From an uncultured bacterium (GTDB taxonomy: Bacteria; Armatimonadota; Fervidibacteria; Fervidibacterales; Fervidibacteraceae): a DNA stretch of 64,000 nt. Below are positions 34,507-42,877 of the stretch, piece after piece; the stretch's first letter is position 1; each line of letters begins with the position of its first letter. The translations under genes and the position numbers were made by a program. The stretch is from assembly GCA_964466785.1 (NCBI GenBank), contig CAYXOD010000014.1:24003-88002 (forward strand), in the 5' to 3' direction. A model generated the notes under the pieces. It was not told the DNA's origin and did no database searches. It saw nothing but the letters and a program-made list of their open reading frames with translations.

Positions 34507-36503
34507 TCATGGCAGGAAGTTGTAGGCAGGTTTCTTCTTCCAACATCCCCAGAGGGACCAGAAACTTCCAACCAAGTAATCGCCGATAACCAGACCCATA
34601 AAAAATGGTGTTGCTTGACGGTGCATTGCCAAACCACCCCAACGGATAAGAGAAGCCTTCAGTAACCAAGCCACGAAAAGCGAAACCCAAAACAAGTTCA
34701 TGCTCCAACTTCCCGAGACAACGAAGCCTGCGGGGTGGAGAGGGAAGTTAAAACGGTTGTGCAGAGTTGACAGAAGCACCGTTTGAGCGCTGCCCCAGAG
34801 AATGGCAAAAAGCGATGCCCAACCGAAATTTGTCGGTGAGAAACGATAAGTGTCCAGTTGCCGAAAAACCTCCATTCCATACCAAGGTCACCCACCAAAT
34901 TGAAATGACACCCTCAACAGCGCCCAAACCCGTAACCGAGCAACCAACCGAGAACGCTTGCCCTTGTAGCGACTTTCGGTTCAGTCTTGTCCGCACTCTG
35001 TGTCCCTTGCTTCATACTTAGCAACTGCTTTTCCAACCACATGCTCTCTAACATATGAGGCATCGGGTGTCCCCGATAGGCACGATTGAAGCCGCCAAAA
35101 ATTGTCAAGAAACAAAGGTCACGAACTGACAAATTTTTGCTGCCCAAAACGAAAAGCAACATTCGGTCAGGTCCAGCAAAGTGCAAATCGTGCACAGGTG
35201 AACCCAATTGAGCGCGAATGCGGGTGATGCCCACAGCAACCAAGAAATAACCTGCAAAAAACAAAACTGCCAGCCACCAACTCATCCCTTGCCTCACACA
35301 TAGCAGCGTCAAGATGAAAAAGCACATGGAGAAAATGAGCGCCCATTTTGTTTGGGGGTTGGGGAAAGATTTGCTGATCAAAATTGCGTTGAGGACACTT
35401 ACTTTTGCGCCTCCACTTTTTTCCACCAGTTTTCCCATCAGACCTTGCTTTTTCGTTCCGCTGCTCGTTTCAGCACTTGTTTGTGCTTTAACTTGTGCCC
35501 ATGTGTGTTTTAACGATTGCGCACCTTCTTTCAACTTCGGCAACAATGCCAACAACGCCCAGCAAGCGTAAGCGCCAAATTGTTGCTCTTCAGCATAAGG
35601 GAATCGCGGCAGTCCCCACCATCCCGTCATCGCAGCGAGAATTCGCTCAATTTTCCAGACGAGGTAAAAAATCCAGCATGAAAGTGTCAAGTCAACAGGC
35701 ATTAAGAAACCCAAGCCGACCCCGAAAGGCAACAAAGTTATGGGCGTCCAACCGATGGCGTTGAAGGGACGGTTCGGGAAAAACGGGCTTAGGTCAAACA
35801 GCCATCCTCCCATGCTGGGGATGTTCGGGTAAAGGAAGTGCAACCCGTTGAGCAAGTTCATGAATGCAGCCAAACCAAACCCTGCCCAGAAAATTTTTTG
35901 CCGCAGCAAAGGCAATTTGGGAGTCAAAAGTTCAAGCGGAATCTGAGCGATGGGGTAACTAAGCCGAGCCTTTTCCGTCCAATCCCGCAAAAGCAATCGG
36001 CAAAGGCAAAGCATTCCCATGCCCAGCAAAAACAAGAACACACCCCACCAAAGCAACGCAGGCAACCAACCTTGAATGACCTCCCAGCGTTCAAAAGTTG
36101 TCAACCCTGTGTAAAAGCCCCTCAAAGCATCTTTGTCCCAAACGACGAGCAAGTGTGGCAAGTGAGGCAAGATGGTGACATCCCAATCGTTTCCTTGTCC
36201 TGCGAACCAAACAGGATGAGCGATGACGGACAATAATGGTTGCAACAAATCTAACCCGAAAACAGCGGAAGCAACGGAAAGACTAACACAAAGCCACAGG
36301 AGAGACGAGGGGGAAAGGGAGCGGCGAAATAGTATGTGCATCAGTTCATTAAGAGTAGCGATGACAAAAAGCGTGGCAACGACATTGACGAACAACGAAA
36401 CCGTTGACGGTCTCATCTGTCCCGTCATCAACCCATAAGCATCCCAAAGGACATTGAGGGCAATGAAAATGGGAACAAGTAAAACTGTCAACAGCCCCAC
36501 CAT
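34507..36503 (-). pseudogene. Paralogue B of the large membrane protein, disrupted by two frame changes
   Basis: The N-terminal 529-aa ORF (34914..36503) and the C-terminal 122-aa ORF (34507..34875) both align to paralogue A. The connecting sequence GAVEGVISIWWVTLVW lies in the third frame (34885..34925). The parts sum to about 650 aa against 637 aa for A. Confidence 0.6.
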
Positions 36504-36548
36504 CCAAATCTCAGCGTTCAGCCCTTTGAAATCGCCAGTTCCATTTTA

Positions 36549-36713
36549 TCACTTTTGAATGGGGGCTTCCTTGAACATTGGGGGTGATGGTTTGAAGCCT
36601 TTTGGCATCTCTTCTCCTCGCCGTTGACCTGAGAGCGCAAATATGACTACCACTCCAACAATCATTATCGCTATCAACAAGACTGCTAACCAAGTTGGGA
36701 CGGGTCTTCGCAT
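36549..36713 (-). CDS. Unannotated 54-aa single-pass membrane peptide
   Basis: ATG at 36713 is preceded by GAGGTGAAGGAA. The translation is MRRPVPTWLAVLLIAIMIVGVVVIFALSGQRRGEEMPKGFKPSPPMFKEAPIQK. It is below the 60-aa track cut-off and ends 45 nt upstream of paralogue B. Confidence 0.5.
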   Translation of the reverse strand: MRRPVPTWLAVLLIAIMIVGVVVIFALSGQRRGEEMPKGFKPSPPMFKEAPIQK

Positions 36714-36761
36714 TTCCTTCACCTCACAAGTTTAAAGACCTTGCTGTTTTGAATAATAGGG

Positions 36762-36871
36762 TTCGGTCGGAGAGCGGCTCTCCTGAGCCGCCGGAAAATG
36801 GCACGAAAAACATAACGGCGCATCAGGAGACGCACCCTTCGAGAAACTGTCGGAAGGAAAATTCAACAAAG
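36762..36871. repeat. Composite repeat: family C (+), family B (-), then a 16-nt GGAAAATTCAACAAAG module
   Basis: 36762..36794 (C), 36817..36843 (B, reverse complement) and 36856..36871. The C/B pair recurs at 47208..47277. The B/16-mer pair recurs at 39905..39959. Confidence 0.75.
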
Positions 36872-36883
36872 CACAAAGACCCC

Positions 36884-37609
36884 TCAACGCTGCCACGATG
36901 GATACCAGTATCGTTTGCTGAGCACCGAAGTCAGTTTCAACCATTTTCCGTGTCCATCAAGGAAAGAGAAGTTAATCCCTGCGTTGTGTCGGTTTCTTGC
37001 GAACCAAACCCAAGTCCAAGGGCAATTTGTCCATTCTCTGCCAGCCCAATCATCGCCGCCACTGACATTGATCTCCACTGATGTGTCTTTGCAGTTACCG
37101 GCATATCCAACAGACCAAAAAGTACCGCCAAGGAAAGCACCAACTTCGGCAGTCGTTATAGCCTCAGCAGGTCTCGGCCAGTGTGCTAAATGGGGATACC
37201 AACGAATTGCGAGATTGAATCCGTAGTGAAGTCGCGTAATTTCAGGGTTTTTGCCACAAGTCTCTTGTCCCGTCGGTTGATCGCCGATACTCGGGCAGAT
37301 GTAAATCTGACGGTTGCGGGTATATGGATCCAAACGCGCAAAGAAACAGAAACCTGTTCGGTTGCCACGAACTGCAACGCAGCCGCAAGGTTGAGGTGGG
37401 ACGCGCTCATCAAAGTCCTGAACATACTGGGCTACTGCCAGACCAATGTTCCGACTGTTGGAAAGACAAGACGCTTGCCGTGCCTTCTCTCTGGCTTGGC
37501 TGAACACGGGAAACAGAATCGCCGCCAGAATGGCGATTATCGCAATTACCACCAGCAACTCAATGAGAGTAAAGCCAAACTGCTTTTGATACCTACCATA
37601 CCGCATCAT
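36884..37609 (-). CDS. Prepilin-type N-terminal cleavage/methylation protein, H-X9-DG (DUF1559-like) pseudopilin
   Basis: [36 protein letters not shown] and a C-terminal [16 protein letters not shown] (H, nine residues, DG). AGGAGGG RBS lies 6 nt before ATG 37609. Confidence 0.88.
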   Translation of the reverse strand: MMRYGRYQKQFGFTLIELLVVIAIIAILAAILFPVFSQAREKARQASCLSNSRNIGLAVAQYVQDFDERVPPQPCGCVAVRGNRTGFCFFARLDPYTRNRQIYICPSIGDQPTGQETCGKNPEITRLHYGFNLAIRWYPHLAHWPRPAEAITTAEVGAFLGGTFWSVGYAGNCKDTSVEINVSGGDDWAGREWTNCPWTWVWFARNRHNAGINFSFLDGHGKWLKLTSVLSKRYWYPSWQR

Positions 37610-37711
37610 TGTTTCCCTCCTTTGAACCAATTGACAACTTCGTGGATTTATGATATGGCAATTCAAAAAGAATGATGGGAGGATATTGACCTTAAGGCGG
37701 TGAATTTTGAC

Positions 37712-38686
37712 CTAATCCCAAACGCGCAGGAAAGGCTTTTGGTGAAATCGCTGTCGGCTCCTGACGGAGTTAGGTGTCTTGCCGTATGCCCGTTTGAAAA
37801 GCCTTTGAAAGTGACGCAAGTCGTTAAATCCAACCAAAAAGGCAATATCAGCAACACTCAACCCTGTCTCTTGAAGCAAATAATTAGCCACTTTCAATCG
37901 TAGCCGTTCCAAATGTTGCCAAGGCGTTACGCCGAGGTAGCGGCGGAAAAGACGACACAAATATTCAGGCGTCACACTGCAATAACCAGCTAATTGGTTC
38001 AAGGTAATAGGCTTGTTGTAAGCGCGATGAAGGGTTGTCAAGGCATTTTGAAGGGGAACGGGCAATTCATGGTTGAGCATGGAGTTTTCTGGTGGTAGGA
38101 AAGGCGACGAACGCATAAGCAAACCGAAGAAAGCCATAAGCAAACCTTTCGTTACCCTTAAATCGGCATCAGGCTGCATCCATTCCCTTTCCCACTCCCA
38201 AAACAAATCAGCCAACCTTCGTTCCGCGACGACAAAGTGAGCACTTTGATAATGCGCTTTTGGAGTCAGGCGAGAGCGGAGCACAACGACCCCGAAAGGA
38301 TGAACTTTGAACCACAGCCATTCACATGGAAGAATTTAATTGCCTCGCTGAAGATAAGGGGCATACAGTGTGCCTTTGGGCAGGTAGAAGCCCTGTCCCC
38401 CAGTCAAAGTCAACAACTTGCTATCAATGAGCATCAATCCTTGACCCGAAACGGTGTAGACGAACTGAGGCGTCCTGTCCTGCCTCGGTCGTGACCAATT
38501 TTCGCTCACGATCGGAATGATGGAAGCGTTTTCAGGCAGAGGACGCAAATCTGACTGAAATAACTTGTCACCGATGGCTTCAATTTTCGGGAGAAGTTGG
38601 CGTCGTATCAACTTCGCTATGCTTTCCCAATCCCCGTCCTCGTCGACGATCGGCAAATTGGGCAAGTAGACTTTACTTGTCATCAT
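37712..38686 (-). pseudogene. AraC-family regulator interrupted by one in-frame TAA
   Basis: The cupin-like N-terminal ORF (38336..38686) and the HTH C-terminal ORF (37712..38284; LFRRYLGVTPWQHLERLRL...GFNDLRHFQRLFKRAYGKTP) are in the same frame. The only stop between them is TAA at 38336..38338. The read-through text is YLQRGN*ILPCEWLWFKVHPFG. Confidence 0.65.
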
Positions 38687-38737
38687 TAATCCCTCCCGTT
38701 AATGCGCTTTCGGGTATCATGGAAATTGCAAGAGTTC

Positions 38738-39562
38738 TCATCGCAAGACCAGTCGCACGGGAACACCTCGTTCGGCTAAGTAGCGTTTTATTTCGGCAAT
38801 GCGATATTTGCCGTAGTGAACGATGGAAGCGACAAGTGCCGCATCAGCCTTACCAATTGTCAAGGCTTCGTAAAAGTGCTCTAAAGTTCCTGCTCCACCT
38901 GATGCGATAACTGGAACTGGTACAGCCTCTGCGATTCGTTTTGTCAAGCCGATGTCATAGCCTGCTTGAGCGCCATCAGCATCCATGCTTGTGAGCAAAA
39001 TTTCACCAGCACCAAGTTCAACTGCCTTGACTGCCCATTCAATTGCATCAAGCCCTGTCGGTGTCCTTCCACCGTGAATGTAAACTTCCCAGTGACAGTT
39101 TTCTTCAAAACGCTCATCACCTTCAAAAGGTTTAGGCTTGCGACCGACGCGCTTTGCGTCAATAGCGACGACGATGCATTGGCTTCCGAATTTTTCCGAT
39201 GCCTCACGAATTAAATCAGGGTTTTGAACCGCTGCGGTGTTGATGCTGACTTTATCCGCTCCCGCTCTCAAAACCTCTCGGATGTCTTCAATGGTCCTGA
39301 GACCGCCGCCGACAGTGTAAGGGATGAAAACTTTCTCGGCGACTTTTGATGCCAACTCAACAATGATGCGGCGCCGCTCTGCGGACGCAGTGATGTCAAG
39401 GAACACGAGTTCGTCAGCGCCTTCCGCATCGTAATAAGCGCCAAGTTCAACTGGGTCACCTGCGTCCTTAAGTTGCACGAAGTGCGTTCCCTTGACAACC
39501 CTTCCGTTCTTGACATCCAAGCAAGGGATAATGCGCTTTGCCAACATCTCCTTTTTCACCAC
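38738..39562 (-). CDS. hisF: Imidazole glycerol phosphate synthase, cyclase subunit
   Basis: [30 protein letters not shown], and [12 protein letters not shown]...SGGAG. Start is GTG 39562 or ATG 39547. No other his genes are adjacent. Confidence 0.95.
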   Translation of the reverse strand: MVKKEMLAKRIIPCLDVKNGRVVKGTHFVQLKDAGDPVELGAYYDAEGADELVFLDITASAERRRIIVELASKVAEKVFIPYTVGGGLRTIEDIREVLRAGADKVSINTAAVQNPDLIREASEKFGSQCIVVAIDAKRVGRKPKPFEGDERFEENCHWEVYIHGGRTPTGLDAIEWAVKAVELGAGEILLTSMDADGAQAGYDIGLTKRIAEAVPVPVIASGGAGTLEHFYEALTIGKADAALVASIVHYGKYRIAEIKRYLAERGVPVRLVLR

Positions 39563-39653
39563 CCTTCATGCCTTCAGCAAAAATTGTGACAACCGAACCA
39601 AGCCTTCGTAACCGCAATTTCACTAAACCTTGCATATTGTTTCCTGAACCATT

Positions 39654-39811
39654 GGAGGGCGAAATTTCAAGTGAGCCGAAGAAATTTTTCCGTTTTGGAA
39701 GGCGAACCTCTGGTGAGCCGAGATTTTTCGGCTCGGCAGGAGCTTCGCCCTCCAGTGAGCCGAAAATTTTCGGTCATGCAGGAGCACGACCCTCCAGTGA
39801 AACGAATTTTC
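39654..39811 (+). repeat. Four contiguous degenerate ~41-bp tandem units related to family D
   Basis: Units start at about 39654, 39697, 39736 and 39778. The consensus is GCAGGAGCnnCGCCCTCCAGTGAGCCGAAAATTTTCGG. There is no unique spacer between units. Confidence 0.7.
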
Positions 39812-39889
39812 TGTAGGAGCGACTTTAGTCGCAACGAATAACATGACGAATAACATGGACACAAGTTCGGGGCTAAAGCCCCTCCTACA
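39812..39889 (-). repeat. 78-bp TIR element (family A), copy 3
   Basis: It starts tgtaggagcgactttagtcgc and ends ggggctaaagcccctcctaca. It contains an internal 12-bp direct duplication acgaataacatg x2 (39834..39857). Its reverse complement aligns with copy 2. Confidence 0.8.
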
Positions 39890-39904
39890 GTTGATGTTGA
39901 CATC

Positions 39905-39959
39905 GGCGCATCGGGAGATGTGCCATCCGAAAGAATGCCGAAAGGAAAATTCAACAAAG
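39905..39959 (-). repeat. Family B copy plus GGAAAATTCAACAAAG module
   Basis: ggcgcatcgggagatgtgccatccgaaag (39905..39933), then ggaaaattcaacaaag (39944..39959), which is identical to 36856..36871. Confidence 0.7.
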
Positions 39960-40002
39960 GGTCGTGACTTGAAAAACCGCAGGGCAACCCGTAATAAGAT
40001 TC

Positions 40003-40029
40003 GGCAGCAGCCTCACCTTCCCAAAACCC
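40003..40029 (+). repeat. Repeat family D copy overlapping the rlmI-like stop codon
   Basis: ggcagcagcctcaccttcccaaaaccc. On the minus strand the last codons of the methyltransferase gene (TTG GGA AGG TGA) lie inside this repeat. Confidence 0.7.
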
Positions 40030-41254
40030 AGCACACAAACCCCTTCAAATATTCGCTTTCAGGGAAAGTTGCCAGAATTGGATGGTCGCGACTTTGAGTT
40101 AGCCTCTCAAGGATCAAAACTTCCCTCTTTGCATCAAGGGCAGCCTCAAACAAAACTTTCTGAAACATTTCCGCACTCACCATACCCGAACAAGAAAATG
40201 TCACGAGGAAGCCGCCCGGCTTCAGTAACTTCATTGCGAGCAAGTTGATATCCTTGTAGCCCCGCAGTGCGTTTGGGACAGTTGCTTTCGTTGGAGCAAA
40301 TCTTGGTGGGTCAAGGACGATGGCGTCAAATTGTTCCCCAGCATCGCGGAATTGGCGAAGTATTTGAAAAGCGTTTCCTTCCAACGATTGAACCGAGCCA
40401 ACAAAGCCGTTGATCTCAGCATTTTCTTCAGCCAACCTCAACGCTTCCGAGGAAGTGTCAAGGTTGATAACTTGCTTTGCTCCAGCTCTAAGAGCGTAAA
40501 CGGCAAAACTGCCAGTGTATGAAAATGCGTTGAGGACTCGTTCGCCTTTCAGATAAGGTTTTGAACGGGCTCTGTTTTCCCGTTGGTCAAGGTAAAACCC
40601 AGTTTTGTGACCTCGCCAGATATCAACGAGGAACTTCAACCCATGTTCGGTGATGAGAATTCGTTCTGGCGGTGAGTCACCTCTAATCGGTCCAACCCGA
40701 GGAACGAGTTTCTCCCGCAACCGAGTATCAAAATCACTCCGTTCAAAAACCCCTTTTGGACGAATAAGTTCAGTCAAGAAATCGGCTAAAGTTTCCCTCC
40801 ATCTCTCCATAGCTGGAGTGTAGATTTGCACGACAAGGAATTCGGCGTAGCAGTCAACAATGATTCCGGGCAAAAAGTCGCTCTCAGCGTAGACAACCCT
40901 GAAGGCATCGGTCACTTCAGGGATGCCCAACTGTTTTCGCTTCTGCCACGCTTGTTGAAGTCTGTTCCAAAGCCATTCCTCGTCTAATCGTTCGTCTGGT
41001 TCCCAAGTCGCAATTCTCACTGGCACTTCAGATTGAGGGTTTATGAACCCGCAAGCCAACCAAGTCCCATTCTGGCTGACTACATCAACGACATCGCCCG
41101 GTTGGACTTTACCTTCAATTTTCGCCACTGAGCCGCTGAAGAGCCAAGGGTGGCGACGCATTACTGCGTCTTCTCGTTCTGGTTTAACGACAACCTTTCC
41201 TGTCGGTTCACCTTTCAGCATATCATCTTCACCTATGCAACGATTTTGGCTCAT
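40013..41254 (-). CDS. rlmI: PUA-domain class I SAM-dependent rRNA methyltransferase (RlmI/YccW-like)
   Basis: RRHPWLFSGSV...GDVVDV (PUA-like), VLNAFSYTGSFAVYA, INLDTS, and FDAIVLDPPRFA. 413 aa; an alternative ATG lies 11 codons in. Confidence 0.78.
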   Translation of the reverse strand: MSQNRCIGEDDMLKGEPTGKVVVKPEREDAVMRRHPWLFSGSVAKIEGKVQPGDVVDVVSQNGTWLACGFINPQSEVPVRIATWEPDERLDEEWLWNRLQQAWQKRKQLGIPEVTDAFRVVYAESDFLPGIIVDCYAEFLVVQIYTPAMERWRETLADFLTELIRPKGVFERSDFDTRLREKLVPRVGPIRGDSPPERILITEHGLKFLVDIWRGHKTGFYLDQRENRARSKPYLKGERVLNAFSYTGSFAVYALRAGAKQVINLDTSSEALRLAEENAEINGFVGSVQSLEGNAFQILRQFRDAGEQFDAIVLDPPRFAPTKATVPNALRGYKDINLLAMKLLKPGGFLVTFSCSGMVSAEMFQKVLFEAALDAKREVLILERLTQSRDHPILATFPESEYLKGFVCWVLGR

Positions 41255-41323
41255 TGTGGCAAACTGATGGCAGCAGTTATTGTTCCATTGCTAACCGCAA
41301 ATTGCGAAGGGGATGAGAGGGAA

Positions 41324-42214
41324 ATGGTCAATGTCAAAGTAACTCCGCAGGAGAAAAACACTTGGTTGCGTCAACTTTTGGAGAGACCCGGTATCATCCG
41401 CAGTTTCGGCGCCCACGATGTTTTCACCGCTTTGCTCGTTGAAAGGGCTGGATTTGAGACTGTTTTTATTGGGGGTTTTGGAACATCAGCAAGTTTGCTG
41501 GGTTTGCCCGATTTGAATTTTTTGACATTGAACGAGATGGCTGATGCCGTCAGAAGGATGGCTCGCCGATTGACAGTTCCTTTGATCGCCGATGGGGACA
41601 CTGGGCACGGCGATGTTCACAATGTCGTCAGAACAGTTGCCGAGTTTGAATCTGCAGGGGCATCGGGCATCATTTTGGAAGACCAAGTTGTGCCGAAACG
41701 ATGCGGTCACTTTGAAGGCAAGCAAGTCATCCCAGCAGAAGAGATGGTGCTCAAACTCAAAGCGGCTCAAAAAGCCAGAACCGACAAAAACTTCGTCATC
41801 ATCGCGCGAACCGATGCAAGAGAAGTTTACGGTCTTGACGAAGCCATAAGAAGGGCGAACATGTATGGAGATGCGGGAGCGGATGTAGTGTTCATTGAAG
41901 CGCCTTTGTCAATTGCCGAACTTGAAACGATTGCCGAGCAAGTGCCGTATCCTAAGTTTGTCAACATGCTCACGGGCGGCAAAACTCCGATTCTGACCGC
42001 AAAGGAACTTGAGCAAATGGGCTACAAAATTGTCGTCTATCCCATTGATACCCTTCTGGTGATGGCGAAAGCCATAATCGAATTGACGAAAACTTTGATT
42101 AAAACGGGCACAACTTTGGCTATGCGAGACCGAATGGTCGGCTTTGATGAACTCAAGGGAATTTTGGGAGTTGATGAGTGGCTTAACTTGAGGAGGGAGT
42201 TAGAAGCGATGTGA
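41324..42214 (+). CDS. Isocitrate lyase / PEP mutase family enzyme (methylisocitrate lyase or carboxy-PEP mutase-like)
   Basis: GAHDVFTALLVERAGFETVFIGGFG, PLIADGDTGHG, and GIILEDQVVPKRCGHFEGK. ATG 41324; the track start 41150 overlaps the divergent gene. Confidence 0.82.
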   Translation: MVNVKVTPQEKNTWLRQLLERPGIIRSFGAHDVFTALLVERAGFETVFIGGFGTSASLLGLPDLNFLTLNEMADAVRRMARRLTVPLIADGDTGHGDVHNVVRTVAEFESAGASGIILEDQVVPKRCGHFEGKQVIPAEEMVLKLKAAQKARTDKNFVIIARTDAREVYGLDEAIRRANMYGDAGADVVFIEAPLSIAELETIAEQVPYPKFVNMLTGGKTPILTAKELEQMGYKIVVYPIDTLLVMAKAIIELTKTLIKTGTTLAMRDRMVGFDELKGILGVDEWLNLRRELEAM

Positions 42215-42221
42215 AGAGCAA

Positions 42222-42239
42222 AACTTTCTTGCGAAAGTT
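42222..42239 (+). other. Perfect 7-bp hairpin between the PEP-mutase-family gene and the ANTAR regulator
   Basis: AACTTTC-ttgc-GAAAGTT, 8 nt after the TGA stop. There is no T-run after it. Confidence 0.4.
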
Positions 42240-42259
42240 GATTAAGGTAGGTGAGGACT

Positions 42260-42862
42260 GTGCGAGTTCTCGTCGCCGAAGATGAATACTTCGTGCGCGA
42301 GGAAGTGAAAGCATCGTTGAGCGAACTCGGTCACATAGTCGTGGGAGAAGCAAGTGATGGGGAAACCGCTTTAAATTTGGCAAAATCTCTCAAACCCGAT
42401 GTTGCTGTCTTGGACATCAAAATGCCAGGTAAGGACGGGATTGAAGTTGCGAGGGAACTTGTCAAGGGAGGTATTTGCGCTGCTGTTTTGCTCACCGCTT
42501 ACGCCTTGCCCGAATTCATACAAAGGGCGACGGAGGCAGGCGTTTTTGGTTTCTTGACAAAACCTTTTGACCCGAAAGGGTTGGATGCAGCCCTGAAAAT
42601 CGCTGTCGCCCGTTTCCAAGAGTTTCAAAAATTGCAAGAGGAAATCAGTGAACTTGAAGATGAATTGGCGACCCGCAAAATTGTGGAACGGGCGAAAGGG
42701 TTGCTCATGAAGCATTATAATTTGAGCGAGGAGGAAGCGCACAGGTTGCTGCAACGGAGAAGCATGGAAACTCGCAAACCGATGAGAGAAGTTGCTGAGG
42801 CTGTGTTGATGACCCTTGATTTGTTGGAAGAGCCGAAGGGAAGGGCAAAGAGGAGAAGGTGA
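42260..42862 (+). CDS. Response regulator with ANTAR RNA-binding output domain
   Basis: The REC domain reads VRVLVAEDE...DVAVLDIKMPGKDG. The ANTAR domain reads LATRKIVERAKGLLMKHYNLSEEEAHRLLQRRSMETRKPMREVAEAVL. Start is GTG 42260, or GTG 42251. Confidence 0.88.
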   Translation: MRVLVAEDEYFVREEVKASLSELGHIVVGEASDGETALNLAKSLKPDVAVLDIKMPGKDGIEVARELVKGGICAAVLLTAYALPEFIQRATEAGVFGFLTKPFDPKGLDAALKIAVARFQEFQKLQEEISELEDELATRKIVERAKGLLMKHYNLSEEEAHRLLQRRSMETRKPMREVAEAVLMTLDLLEEPKGRAKRRR

Positions 42863-42877
42863 AAAAGGTGAGAGACG

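Noticed and set aside
39654-39811. Possible CRISPR array, because of regularly spaced ~41-bp repeats.
   Set aside because: The units are contiguous with no unique spacers between them, and they are degenerate rather than near-identical. They belong to a repeat family scattered elsewhere (17602, 40003, 6136). No cas genes are present.
39538-40097. Track ORFs 39538..39816 (+), 39667..40038 (-) and 39843..40097 (+).
   Set aside because: All three lie in the repeat mosaic. Their translations are repeat-derived low-complexity strings (GSAGASPSSEPKIFG, RKENSTK) that recur in other repeat loci in different frames.
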